From positions 96,001 to 160,000 of the IMG/VR virus record IMGVR_UViG_3300021426_000063: a stretch of DNA of 64,000 bases; one strand, given 5' to 3'. The notes beneath the pieces were generated by a model. It saw only the letters and a program-made list of their open reading frames with translations. It had not been told where the DNA came from and ran no database searches. The stretch is from a virus (lineage: Duplodnaviria; Caudoviricetes). Positions 49,519 to 59,222 of this stretch are shown piece after piece. The translations under genes and the position numbers were made by a program. Within the stretch, counting starts at the first letter, position 1. Every line of letters starts with the position of its first letter.

Positions 49519-51390
49519 TTAACCCCATTTATAATTTACAAGTAACTCTGGTTGAGCATTATCAACAATCAATGTGTTGTGAGTATCATCAACAACATAC
49601 TGACTCAATATGAGTTTGTGAAGGTCTTCTTCACATAGTTTGTTCCATAATCTGAAATTGGTGAGATGTAAGTTACCACCAACAATACCACAATAACCAT
49701 CAACACTGAATGAACCAAGTTCATTAGGTGTACATCCAATCTTGATTATCTCACTATGACTATTGTTGACAGTCTCACTACCCTTTACCTCATACAACCA
49801 CATATTAGACATACCTCTCTTCATTCCAAGTACACAGAAGTACCACTTTGATTCAAATGAAGAGAATCCTTCAAAGTTGTAATCATAATTCTTTCCATCA
49901 ATCCTGACAACCATCTTGTCTGGCATCTGAATGATTTCAAATCCATCATTGACATATACACAGGTGTTGGCCTCATAACTGACAAGTTTACCACAAGACT
50001 GAACCTTTATACTATTATCATAAGGAACATCAATATCTACAAATAATTTTCCTTTATTTATATTGGTTATCCTATGCCAACCATTGATACCCATAACCCT
50101 GGATACCTTTATCATATTTCCTTTATCCAACAGTTTATCCCATGACTTAACCTTTAATCTTACAAAACCACCATTATCAACAACAGAATCTATCATCACA
50201 TTATCTGATACATTCTTCATATTGGTTGGTCTGAATGCAAAAGTAAACATCCTTTCATCTTCTGATGAAAGACCTTTATTCCAGTATTCAACAGCAACAT
50301 CACCCTTATCAATGGTTGATAGATTGTAATATTGTTTTGCAATTACTGTCCAGTCACTGTATATGTTCTCTTCTACAATTCTGACATTTTCGTGAAGAAT
50401 CCTTCTTAATGGATCCTGACCTTGTTCAAGCATACCAACATCATTGAGTTGGCTATCCTTCCTGTTGTCAGCAACCTCATCCTTCATCTCTTCCTCAAAC
50501 TTACCTTCAGCAGAGAACACAAGACTCTCTGTATCAGTCATAAGGTCATCATTGTCAAACTGTACAGACTTCATCTCCTGGTAAGGAACAAGACTTACTC
50601 TCCAATAAGAAGCAGCATATCCAAAGTCATCAGGGTCAGATACTGAATCCACCATATACATCTTGTTAAGATAATTACTGAAATAAAGATAATCATGTGG
50701 ATCAGGATGACTACCATTACCAAAGACCTTCTGGAATTCTGATTTCACAATGTGAACTTCAAACTGAACTGGGTAATCAATCATCATTGAATTGAATTGA
50801 AGTTCCCTTGTTGGAAGTTGATTATCTGGTACCAGGATCTTCACATTCTGTTTATCAATGACTTTCTCAATAGAGTATTCCTTCAACACAACATCTCTTG
50901 ACTTTGCATTTGGTTCTGTCTTGAAGTAAAGAACACAGAATCCAAACATATTTGAGATGAGTGTTGACATCTGGTTATAGATGTCCAATGATTGTCCAAC
51001 AGCATAAGGATTGAAGAGATTACTACCTGTACCACCATTATATACAATCTGTGGAGTAGATGTACCCTTATTCCAGAAACATTCAGGAATAGGATTCTCT
51101 TCATTCACATAATCTACATCAAGTGATATACTTTCAACAGTCAATTCACCAGGACCAACCTGTGTGAACTTGTACTGGATATAAACCTTATCATCATAAA
51201 TCTTGACAGAAGAAAGATTCTTGTTAGTTAAAGATTTCCAGTCACTCCATAATATCTTATCAGATGAGTATCTGAATTCTTTGTTGTAATAGGTCTGGTC
51301 TGTCTCACCTGTTACAACACAAGTGAAACCAGTCAAAGACTTGATTCCAGAATACTCCATCACATTGGATTCTATAATTCCTTTTGCCAT
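49519..51390 (-). CDS. Neck/head-closure protein (T4 gp14-like) with extra domains
   Basis: FEVHIVKSEFQKVFG...PDPHDYLYF..LNKMYMV; C-terminal LamG-like WYFCVL...NFRLWN; late promoter 51413-51421. Confidence 0.55.
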   Translation of the reverse strand: MAKGIIESNVMEYSGIKSLTGFTCVVTGETDQTYYNKEFRYSSDKILWSDWKSLTNKNLSSVKIYDDKVYIQYKFTQVGPGELTVESISLDVDYVNEENPIPECFWNKGTSTPQIVYNGGTGSNLFNPYAVGQSLDIYNQMSTLISNMFGFCVLYFKTEPNAKSRDVVLKEYSIEKVIDKQNVKILVPDNQLPTRELQFNSMMIDYPVQFEVHIVKSEFQKVFGNGSHPDPHDYLYFSNYLNKMYMVDSVSDPDDFGYAASYWRVSLVPYQEMKSVQFDNDDLMTDTESLVFSAEGKFEEEMKDEVADNRKDSQLNDVGMLEQGQDPLRRILHENVRIVEENIYSDWTVIAKQYYNLSTIDKGDVAVEYWNKGLSSEDERMFTFAFRPTNMKNVSDNVMIDSVVDNGGFVRLKVKSWDKLLDKGNMIKVSRVMGINGWHRITNINKGKLFVDIDVPYDNSIKVQSCGKLVSYEANTCVYVNDGFEIIQMPDKMVVRIDGKNYDYNFEGFSSFESKWYFCVLGMKRGMSNMWLYEVKGSETVNNSHSEIIKIGCTPNELGSFSVDGYCGIVGGNLHLTNFRLWNKLCEEDLHKLILSQYVVDDTHNTLIVDNAQPELLVNYKWG

Positions 51391-51443
51391 TGATACAATA
51401 CAACTTATATGTTATTTATGAAAAAAGGAGGTCTTCTGACCTC

Positions 51444-51986
51444 CTAAATATCTAATTTCAAATCATATTTCTTCAATATATCACCAAATCCAAGACCTTC
51501 AACTCTTCTTATGAAAACATCCTTCTGGTTGTTGTATATTGGTTGATTGACAAGGAAACTTCTACTTGTGAGCTGATATAGTTTCCTGAAATGATAATTG
51601 ATGATGTATTTTACAAACTTGTTGTATAAATCAATCAATCCCATTTTATCCGGGACAATATAATTATCTTCCAAGTAGAATGCCTTGTTGTTGAGTTTCT
51701 GGATGAGTTCACTCATACTGTTCACTGATTCAACCTCACTCTTTCTCAACAAGGTTGTAAGGTTAGCAGTCTTCAAACTCATTGACACCTTTACATTGAT
51801 GAAGTGTTCCTTCAAGAAGTTGATGTCATTCTCAAATATCTCCCTTATCTTCACCTTGTATGTAGTCCTGTCACCCTGTGTATATTTCTCCAATAGAACA
51901 ACCTTAACAGGTAACAGGAATTCAGGTTCATTAGGTGATGTGACAAGAGCATAACACTCTGTACCTATATTATATGTCCTTACCAT
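51444..51986 (-). CDS. Hypothetical protein
   Basis: 180-aa ORF. Confidence 0.6.
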   Translation of the reverse strand: MVRTYNIGTECYALVTSPNEPEFLLPVKVVLLEKYTQGDRTTYKVKIREIFENDINFLKEHFINVKVSMSLKTANLTTLLRKSEVESVNSMSELIQKLNNKAFYLEDNYIVPDKMGLIDLYNKFVKYIINYHFRKLYQLTSRSFLVNQPIYNNQKDVFIRRVEGLGFGDILKKYDLKLDI

Positions 51987-52576
51987 TACTTATCTTCTTT
52001 ATCTGAAACCTTCCTGATCAATCTCATCAAATCCTTCTGACTACTTGACTTGAAACCAGATGAAATCTCACCAGCCTGTGATGCAGTTGTTGTCTCAACA
52101 GCAGAATCCTTATCAAGAGCGATCTTCTCATACTCATCACTGGCATTCATAATATATGTGGTCTGTGCTTTCACCAAGTCAATGAATGTACTCTGGAGTT
52201 TGCCAAGTACCTCAAACAACTTTGGATTGACATCACCCAGTTCAATATTATCCATAAGAATCTTGATTGCTCTCTGGCTGACTTCCATCTGGTTCATAAT
52301 ATTACCAAGAGTCATTGAATCCAGGTTCACCTTTGCCTTGACATACTCATTCTTTGAAATAAAATTGTCAGAAAGATAAACCCTTAACAGAGATTCCATC
52401 ACATCCTTTGCTTTCTGCCTAGATTGCTCCAATGTAACCATATCATTCTTTGATATAGTGGAAGGAACTCTATTGAAATTCAATGTCTGTGAATCAATAT
52501 CATCTGTCAAGTTGATGTCATTGTCTGTCAATAAATCAGCAATACTGTCTCTAATTATGTCCTTATTATCTCCCAT
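51986..52576 (-). CDS. Terminase small subunit (T4 gp16-like)
   Basis: NPKLFEVLGKLQ (cf. HPRAYEV.GQL) and C-terminal F.SSSQKDLMRLI. Confidence 0.55.
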   Translation of the reverse strand: MGDNKDIIRDSIADLLTDNDINLTDDIDSQTLNFNRVPSTISKNDMVTLEQSRQKAKDVMESLLRVYLSDNFISKNEYVKAKVNLDSMTLGNIMNQMEVSQRAIKILMDNIELGDVNPKLFEVLGKLQSTFIDLVKAQTTYIMNASDEYEKIALDKDSAVETTTASQAGEISSGFKSSSQKDLMRLIRKVSDKEDK

Positions 52577-52587
52577 ATACTTATATT

Positions 52588-52770
52588 TTAATCAACATAC
52601 TGTCTAATCTTCTTCATCATCTCATCAATCTCCTGGAACTCTCTCTTGATGAAAGTCCCAGTCTTTGGTTGAGTCATCTTTTCTATTTCCTCATCAGTAA
52701 TAAACCTTCCATCAAATGTCCTGGAAGTATCCTCAACCTTCTTCTTTCTTTTGAAAAAATTAAACCTCAT
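52588..52770 (-). CDS. Small hypothetical protein
   Basis: 60 aa; late promoter 52776-52784. Confidence 0.5.
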   Translation of the reverse strand: MRFNFFKRKKKVEDTSRTFDGRFITDEEIEKMTQPKTGTFIKREFQEIDEMMKKIRQYVD

Positions 52771-52782
52771 ATATGTATTTAT

Positions 52783-52814
52783 GAGAAAAGGATGGTGTAG
52801 ACCATCCTTTTCTC
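52783..52814. terminator. Hairpin terminator
   Basis: gagaaaaggatggt-gtag-accatccttttctc. Confidence 0.7.
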
Positions 52815-52822
52815 ATTCTCTA

Positions 52823-53227
52823 TCACTTATTTATAGGTAAATTTTCTGGATGATATTCAAACTGTGCATAAGGATAATAGTCATGCCAATCACCAGTATA
52901 ACCAAGGAAGATTGTTGATTCATCATTTGAATTCAAAATTCTGAATTCTTCAAGTTCAACACCATATGTGTATTCAGAATCATATGTATCACCTATGACA
53001 ATCTCAACTTCCTGTTCAGGAAATTCAACAACAGTTTCTTTTGAATAATAGTAATCACCATCTATAATTTCTTGGATGGCACAGTTAGACCTGTACTCAT
53101 CATCATCCTGTTCATAAATGATATATCTTTTACCATCTATTTCCAGTATATATCCTTCCTCTGTTACTGCATGTCCAACACCAGTTAACTTATGCTTTCC
53201 TGAAAGTATGTTTATATCAAACTTCAT
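52823..53227 (-). CDS. Hypothetical protein
   Basis: 134 aa; EQDDDEYRS...GDWHDYYPYAQFEYHPEN. Confidence 0.6.
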   Translation of the reverse strand: MKFDINILSGKHKLTGVGHAVTEEGYILEIDGKRYIIYEQDDDEYRSNCAIQEIIDGDYYYSKETVVEFPEQEVEIVIGDTYDSEYTYGVELEEFRILNSNDESTIFLGYTGDWHDYYPYAQFEYHPENLPINK

Positions 53228-53233
53228 AATACT

Positions 53234-53821
53234 TTAATCAATTAAGTTCTTAATAATCACTTGGTCATATGGTTTCATAATACCCCTTCTCATCAAATCT
53301 TCATACTGTTCATCTGTCCACATCTTGAGGTCTTCGGGCCATTCTTCATCAAGAATCTGTTTGAATAGAGGAATATATTTTAGTTTAGCACCATCAGCAA
53401 ATCTTTCATTACCAAGTGCAACTTCTTTTGCTATCCAGGGCCAGGTTCTGTAAAAGTTAACCCATTCTCTGTCAGACCTTTTAAGTGAAGGAACTCTCAC
53501 ATATCTCTGTCTTCTAGCAAGAGATGTGTTCCTGTATTTGGCATCATCTTCTGCAAGAGCTTCCCTAATTGTCTTCTGGTCTTCTGGTGTGATATGTTCC
53601 TTCTTGTATTTCTTCTGGTCATCAGGTACATCATATCTGTAATTTTCTGCCTCAACAATCCAGTATGGAGTTCTCCATTCATCTCTTTCTTTCTGGATTG
53701 CTTTTCTGATGACATTTTCAAGAGAATCTCTCTTTACAAATCTACAATGCACCATTTCCATATCATCATACTTCCTCACATCATTATCTTTATGAGGAAA
53801 TTTAGGTGAATGAAATCTCAT
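53234..53821 (-). CDS. Hypothetical protein
   Basis: 195-aa ORF. Confidence 0.6.
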   Translation of the reverse strand: MRFHSPKFPHKDNDVRKYDDMEMVHCRFVKRDSLENVIRKAIQKERDEWRTPYWIVEAENYRYDVPDDQKKYKKEHITPEDQKTIREALAEDDAKYRNTSLARRQRYVRVPSLKRSDREWVNFYRTWPWIAKEVALGNERFADGAKLKYIPLFKQILDEEWPEDLKMWTDEQYEDLMRRGIMKPYDQVIIKNLID

Positions 53822-53859
53822 CCATCTTCCTACTGACCTGTGGTTAGGATTTTCATAAT

Positions 53860-54537
53860 TTATTCAGAACTTGCTTCTCTACAATACTTTGAGAGTTTTT
53901 CAAAAGCATCTTTGTATATCTTATTAGCAGTGTTGATTGGAACCTCTAATTCATTGGCAATATCCTTCATTGAATTTTTGTATTTCCATTCAATCCTATC
54001 CTTATCAGGATTTTTAATCTGTTCAGAATACTTGCCAAGATGAAGTTTCATTTCCATTGCAATCCTTCCATTGATGTCAAGTGTTTTCAATCCTTCTTCA
54101 AGAATGGCATCCCGGTTAATCTGAAATGCTGTGTTATCTACTTCCCCCAGTGTATCATAATTGGTTGCATCAATGGGGCAATATTCAATCTTTGATTCTT
54201 CCAATCTTTCCTGTCCCTTCTTGAATCCCTTCAAATGATTTGCAGGGATATGAACCAATGAACATTCTCTGTTAACATAATTCTTCAAATATCCCCTGAG
54301 AGATATTGCTGCAGCCTTCACAAACTTATTATTCTTTGTGGAATCATATTTCTTTTCAAATTTCATCATTGCAAGTACACCTTCATTGATGAGTGATTCA
54401 AAATCTTCACCTGTATTGTTGGCAATATCCTGTGCAACCTTTACCACATAGAGTAAATTCTGTTCTGTCAATGAACCACCATTCTTTTTGGCGATTTCCA
54501 CCGCCTTTCCAATTTCATTATATAATTTACTATCCAT
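53860..54537 (-). CDS. Sigma70-family RNA polymerase sigma factor
   Basis: Region 2 NLLYVVKVA...FESLINEG..AMMK..KKYD...NKF; region 4 SMKDIANELEVP...ANKIYKDAFEKL. Confidence 0.85.
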   Translation of the reverse strand: MDSKLYNEIGKAVEIAKKNGGSLTEQNLLYVVKVAQDIANNTGEDFESLINEGVLAMMKFEKKYDSTKNNKFVKAAAISLRGYLKNYVNRECSLVHIPANHLKGFKKGQERLEESKIEYCPIDATNYDTLGEVDNTAFQINRDAILEEGLKTLDINGRIAMEMKLHLGKYSEQIKNPDKDRIEWKYKNSMKDIANELEVPINTANKIYKDAFEKLSKYCREASSE

Positions 54538-54584
54538 ACTATTTAAACTGATTTTACTTGTATAACTGAATCATTATACCATAA

Positions 54585-54616
54585 CAAATATAATGAAACT
54601 TTGTCAAATTTCCAAA
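54585..54616 (-). promoter_or_regulatory. Bacteroidota housekeeping-type promoter (TTTG-N20-TATATTTG) upstream of the phage sigma70
   Basis: -33 TTTG at 54613-54616 and -7 TAnnTTTG at 54585-54592 with 20-nt spacer. Confidence 0.7.
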
Positions 54617-54676
54617 TTTATTTGACAAAAATTAAAATGGTTAAAGACACCCTGTTCTCACAAAGTGTCCCAACCA

Positions 54677-55213
54677 TTAGAGTCTATTTTTAAATGTCTC
54701 AATATTCTTCTGAACATCAGTGATATTGACAGGTGAGTACTCCCACTCACTTCCAATACAAGTGATATTGTGTCCTTCAATATCCATTGTATTATTCAGT
54801 CCATGAAAACAATATGTACCTGTAGATTTTCCAACCCAGTCTTCAAGAGGGAAATAAGACAGAACAACATCCAAATCATTCAATGTCAGAATTTGTGCCT
54901 GTTCAAATATAATCCTTGACTTCAACTCAATGTCACTTGATTTTCTTACAGCATCCATCATGGTGTTTAAGAACATCTTTTCATCATTGTTAAAGTAGTT
55001 GGCAAGAAAATGAATCTCTCCATTCAATCTGACAAGGATATGATAAAGATCCCCAATACCAAATCCACCAAGTACATAAACCTTATCATCCTTGTTCACT
55101 GTCTCATTCCAACACTGGATGATATGGTCATTATTATCGACAACATTTGCATTTGGGTCATCCTCCATAAGGCGGTTGAACCAAGTGTCACTAATAGCAA
55201 AAATGCTTGGCAT
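54677..55213 (-). CDS. Calcineurin-like phosphoesterase homolog, degenerate
   Basis: ISDTWF, WNETV..DD.VYVLGGF, LNGEIHFLANY, LSYFPL..W, CFHG. Confidence 0.7.
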   Translation of the reverse strand: MPSIFAISDTWFNRLMEDDPNANVVDNNDHIIQCWNETVNKDDKVYVLGGFGIGDLYHILVRLNGEIHFLANYFNNDEKMFLNTMMDAVRKSSDIELKSRIIFEQAQILTLNDLDVVLSYFPLEDWVGKSTGTYCFHGLNNTMDIEGHNITCIGSEWEYSPVNITDVQKNIETFKNRL

Positions 55214-55228
55214 ATTTTTTTGATTAAA

Positions 55229-55254
55229 GGTGGTGGGAAGAATTTCCCACCACC
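55229..55254 (-). terminator. Hairpin terminator after the SSB gene
   Basis: ggtggtgggaa-gaat-ttcccaccacc. Confidence 0.6.
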
Positions 55255-55266
55255 AGGTTAAAGAAA

Positions 55267-56343
55267 TTAACTATTCAGTACACTGTTGATCCAGTCATCA
55301 TCATCTGTGGAAACAGGTGTTTCATTTGCTGGAATCTCTGGACTTCCTGTTGTACCACCACTTGTGAAATCAGGCATATCCTCATCCTCTGCAAGAGCAG
55401 AAGGAGCTGCTGGTTCAACTGGCTTGTTAGTAGTTGTGGTAGCAGCATTGACTGCTTCCTTGGCTGCTGCTGCGGTAGTACGGGGAGCAGAGTAACCAGA
55501 GGTGTAGGTTGCAAGGTTTGCATTCACCTTCTCTGTGGTTTCAGAATCCCACTCCTTCCAGAAGTAGTCCTTAATCTTTGGTGCATCCTTCTCCAACCAG
55601 TTGAAGAAAGCCTTCTGGGAATCCCTATCATCTGCTGAAAGGGTCATCTTTACCTTCTCTTCACCACCATTATCAACATAGAAATGAATAGGTGCAGTCT
55701 TCTCAATGAAACGACAAGCATCATAGTTGGCAACTGCCTTCCTGTTGTTGTCCATCTTCTTGGAAGCATCCTTGGTCATATTAATCTCAAAGAGACGACC
55801 ATCATAAAGAGCAAAAGGATTGAATCCATCAGTGAACTCTGTGCTCTTCATAGCATTCTCAAGCTTGTCATTGATCTTCTGACCAAACTGATAGATGAAG
55901 ATCTTACCATCATATTCAGGGTGCTGAACATCCTTTACTACCTCAATAAGAGCATAGTACTGCTGGTAAACCTGGATTTTCTTGGAATTTTCTTTGTCGA
56001 TTGCGCTGTCACTTGTGTAGAGCTTATAAGAAAGGGCTCTCATAGGACATTTCTTGTTGTCTGTCTTTGGTGAGACTACAAAGATACCATTCTCACCATT
56101 CACATCTTTAAGGAAGCATTCCCAACGACAGACAGTTGTACGCCACTTTCCTTCATGGAAGAAAGGAATGAACCTTACAAGTGCACGATAATTTTGGTCA
56201 GTACACTTCTCATCATTGATGGATGGTTTGTAGAGATCAGCTCTGCCAGAAAAACTGGAAGTGTTGTTGGTCTCGGTTGCTGCAAGAGCATCTGCTGCTG
56301 AAAAATTTCCAAACAGCTCATTGAAATTTACTTCATTTGCCAT
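55267..56343 (-). CDS. Single-stranded DNA-binding protein (T4 gp32-like)
   Basis: ALVRFIP, CP, VVKD..HPEYDGKIFIYQFG.KI, FNPF, NYD..RF, acidic C-terminal tail; promoter 56411-56421. Confidence 0.85.
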   Translation of the reverse strand: MANEVNFNELFGNFSAADALAATETNNTSSFSGRADLYKPSINDEKCTDQNYRALVRFIPFFHEGKWRTTVCRWECFLKDVNGENGIFVVSPKTDNKKCPMRALSYKLYTSDSAIDKENSKKIQVYQQYYALIEVVKDVQHPEYDGKIFIYQFGQKINDKLENAMKSTEFTDGFNPFALYDGRLFEINMTKDASKKMDNNRKAVANYDACRFIEKTAPIHFYVDNGGEEKVKMTLSADDRDSQKAFFNWLEKDAPKIKDYFWKEWDSETTEKVNANLATYTSGYSAPRTTAAAAKEAVNAATTTTNKPVEPAAPSALAEDEDMPDFTSGGTTGSPEIPANETPVSTDDDDWINSVLNS

Positions 56344-56444
56344 AACTTAAAACTATTAAAACTTATATTAACTGTGTCCAACTGGACAACATTTCAACTA
56401 TTACAAACTAAATATAACAAAAAATAATCAGAAATGCACAGAAA

Positions 56445-57221
56445 TTATTCTTGAACATCTAATTCAAGATTCTTTAATGCATTTGCCATCTCTTCTTCTG
56501 TGTAGTTCTTACCTGTTGTAGAATTAACACCTGTAACAATCTTATAATTAGTACCTGTACCAATTACAGTACCAGTATATTCTGCACCACTCTGATATTC
56601 TGCCAACTTGGATTCTATCTCATTGTATTCAACATACATCTTATCATAACTATCCTGAAGTGCAGCAAGTTGTGCAGCAAGGTCTGCATTCTGTTCCATC
56701 AACTTCACATTTGATTCCTGGAGACTCTTGATTTGTGCATCCCTGTCATCAAGAGCAGTCATCAAGGTCTTTACCTGTGATGTGTAGTTCTCAACAGTAT
56801 TTGATGTCTCATCCTTCCACTGTCCAGTATATAATACCTCTTCATCAGAAGAAACTACCTTCTTACCAGTAGAATCTGTCACATCATATACTCTGGTGAT
56901 ATAAAACACCTTTGTATCCATAGCAAGAATGTCTATGGCCTGCTTCTTGGCAATCTTGAACAATACCTGACCATTAACCTTGTCAACAGTATAATTACTG
57001 TCAACTAAATCATATTCAGGTATCCTGATTTCCTTTTTCTTTGACTTGAAGACAAGATAAATTTTTTGGCCATTTGAAAGGTCAATAGGTTTGCGATCAT
57101 CGCTTCGCCAATCTTCATATAATGTAAACATCCTGAAATTATCAAAAGGATTCAATTTAAGACAAATATCACCCTTTCCATAAACAGTACTGTTTGTATT
57201 TCCATTTACTGAAACTGCCAT
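56445..57221 (-). CDS. Hypothetical structural protein with coiled coil
   Basis: 258-aa ORF. Confidence 0.6.
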   Translation of the reverse strand: MAVSVNGNTNSTVYGKGDICLKLNPFDNFRMFTLYEDWRSDDRKPIDLSNGQKIYLVFKSKKKEIRIPEYDLVDSNYTVDKVNGQVLFKIAKKQAIDILAMDTKVFYITRVYDVTDSTGKKVVSSDEEVLYTGQWKDETSNTVENYTSQVKTLMTALDDRDAQIKSLQESNVKLMEQNADLAAQLAALQDSYDKMYVEYNEIESKLAEYQSGAEYTGTVIGTGTNYKIVTGVNSTTGKNYTEEEMANALKNLELDVQE

Positions 57222-57227
57222 AGTTTA

Positions 57228-59150
57228 TTACTTGATTAAGTATATGAATTTCTTTTCACCATTATTACTAACACTCACACATATAACCTCTATAAGATTA
57301 TGTCCTTCAAACTCTGATCCAAGGATAGGAATGGTTACACCACTTGTAGGTATAATTATAACACCCTTTGTTGATTTGAATCCTTCATCAAAATTCAATG
57401 CACCCTCTTCACTTACAAATAACAATTTCAATGACTGACCAAGTTCCCATTCATAATTATTGGTTTCTTCATCAATGTTAATTCTAACATCTGTTGTACT
57501 GTCACCAATATCATTAATATGTATTACTGCAAAATTCTCACCAGGTTTCAAAGGAATCCTACATACCTTTAATTCTGCTGTTGAATCAATAGGATTATCT
57601 TCTGTGATTTCCTCATCATTGGTACTCAAACCATTATACACAGTATTGATAGAATACTTCTGTTCTGCATTGATGACAACCTTGTTCTTACTCTTTTCAA
57701 GACCAATACCGGAACCAGGTTGAAGAACATCAGTATCAAACTGAAGTTTAAGATCCTTTCCACCATTCATAATAGTATCCAGTCTCTTGGTATTCTTGTC
57801 TATCAATCCAAGGATAGTAGATGTGTCAATGATTGCATTACCATCACAGAGATCATACAATCTATTAATATCTTCCTTTATTGCATTTACAGAATCAATA
57901 CCCATAACAGCATTTTCAAGTGCATCAACCCTGCCAGATAACTTCACAATCTCTGTCCTCAATGTATAGAAGATGTCTATACAATTCTGAAGTTTCTCCA
58001 TTGACCTCATATAAAGATTCATTGATGTTGTACTTTCAGAACCTGGTACCTCATTGTTAGTGTAATCAGCATCACCAAGAGTATCTATCTTCAAATCCAA
58101 CTTCAATGCATAACTGTTACCATTACCATAAACAGTCTCCTTCTTCTTTGGGTATCTCTGTATGAAGATTCTATTATTGATTTCTTTTACATTATCAAGG
58201 AAAAGAACACCATAAAGGTTTGTGGCAACCCTCTTTACATTGGATGTTTCTGTCTTCTCATATATATCATAATAAATGAGTACAGTATTGAACTCAAAAT
58301 CTTCAACACTCTTGGCATTCATATTATTGATACCTTCACCACCATCGTAACTTGAATCCCTGAAATCAATTGTGTGACCAATGTCACCTTTATATACATT
58401 AGCAGCGGTATCAATGTCTGTGAACATCTTTCTGGTTAAACCATATTTGGTATTATCACCAACATTACCTTCTGGTCTGTCTTCGCTTCCAATGATATAT
58501 TCACCTGTGTTCTGACCAAGTGGATAATTCTTGTTAAGATAGTTCTTGGTATCAGTCATCTCACCTGTTCTGAAAATAACAGATGTGCTTGCACCAACTG
58601 AACTAGGAATGTGTATATAAATTTCTTCAAAAACATCACCATTCACCTCTGCAACATTCATCACATCAATGTTACCAATATACTGAACAGTCCTATCATA
58701 TAATTCATCATACAACTCTGCTGTGTGACTCTCATTGAACTTAATAGCGCCAACCTTCTGTAACCAATTCCAGAATATCTTTTCAGAAACAGTTGTAAGA
58801 ATATCAGGATCATAATCATCATTATCTCCTTCACCATTAAGGATGGCTGTTTCAAAGTTCATAATATAGTTCTGGAAGTTCTCTGAAATAGAATTGTTTG
58901 CACTTGTTGCATCCAATTCATCTTCTCCCCATTGACCCATCAATGATGTTATATAAAGTCCTTTCTCATCACCATCAGTATAAACACCATTACATACATC
59001 AGGTATGTTCAGACATGCAAAATGACTGAACTTGAAATCATAATCACTACTTGCAAATGTTTTTGTTAAATCAATACTTACAGAAGGAAATACATAAAGT
59101 GTTCCACCATCTGTATTGAATTTTTTCAAATATGGTGTTTTAAGTTTCAT
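57228..59150 (-). CDS. Hypothetical structural protein
   Basis: 640 aa; late-type CCATAAATA at 59175-59183. Confidence 0.6.
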   Translation of the reverse strand: MKLKTPYLKKFNTDGGTLYVFPSVSIDLTKTFASSDYDFKFSHFACLNIPDVCNGVYTDGDEKGLYITSLMGQWGEDELDATSANNSISENFQNYIMNFETAILNGEGDNDDYDPDILTTVSEKIFWNWLQKVGAIKFNESHTAELYDELYDRTVQYIGNIDVMNVAEVNGDVFEEIYIHIPSSVGASTSVIFRTGEMTDTKNYLNKNYPLGQNTGEYIIGSEDRPEGNVGDNTKYGLTRKMFTDIDTAANVYKGDIGHTIDFRDSSYDGGEGINNMNAKSVEDFEFNTVLIYYDIYEKTETSNVKRVATNLYGVLFLDNVKEINNRIFIQRYPKKKETVYGNGNSYALKLDLKIDTLGDADYTNNEVPGSESTTSMNLYMRSMEKLQNCIDIFYTLRTEIVKLSGRVDALENAVMGIDSVNAIKEDINRLYDLCDGNAIIDTSTILGLIDKNTKRLDTIMNGGKDLKLQFDTDVLQPGSGIGLEKSKNKVVINAEQKYSINTVYNGLSTNDEEITEDNPIDSTAELKVCRIPLKPGENFAVIHINDIGDSTTDVRINIDEETNNYEWELGQSLKLLFVSEEGALNFDEGFKSTKGVIIIPTSGVTIPILGSEFEGHNLIEVICVSVSNNGEKKFIYLIK

Positions 59151-59190
59151 ATTCTAATTTACCTATATATAAGTTATTTATGGAAAAAAG

Positions 59191-59222
59191 AAAGGAGAGT
59201 GGTATTCACTCTCCTCTTTTTT
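59191..59222 (-). terminator. Terminator after dnaK
   Basis: ggagagtg-gtatt-cactctcc with flanking A/T tracts. Confidence 0.65.
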
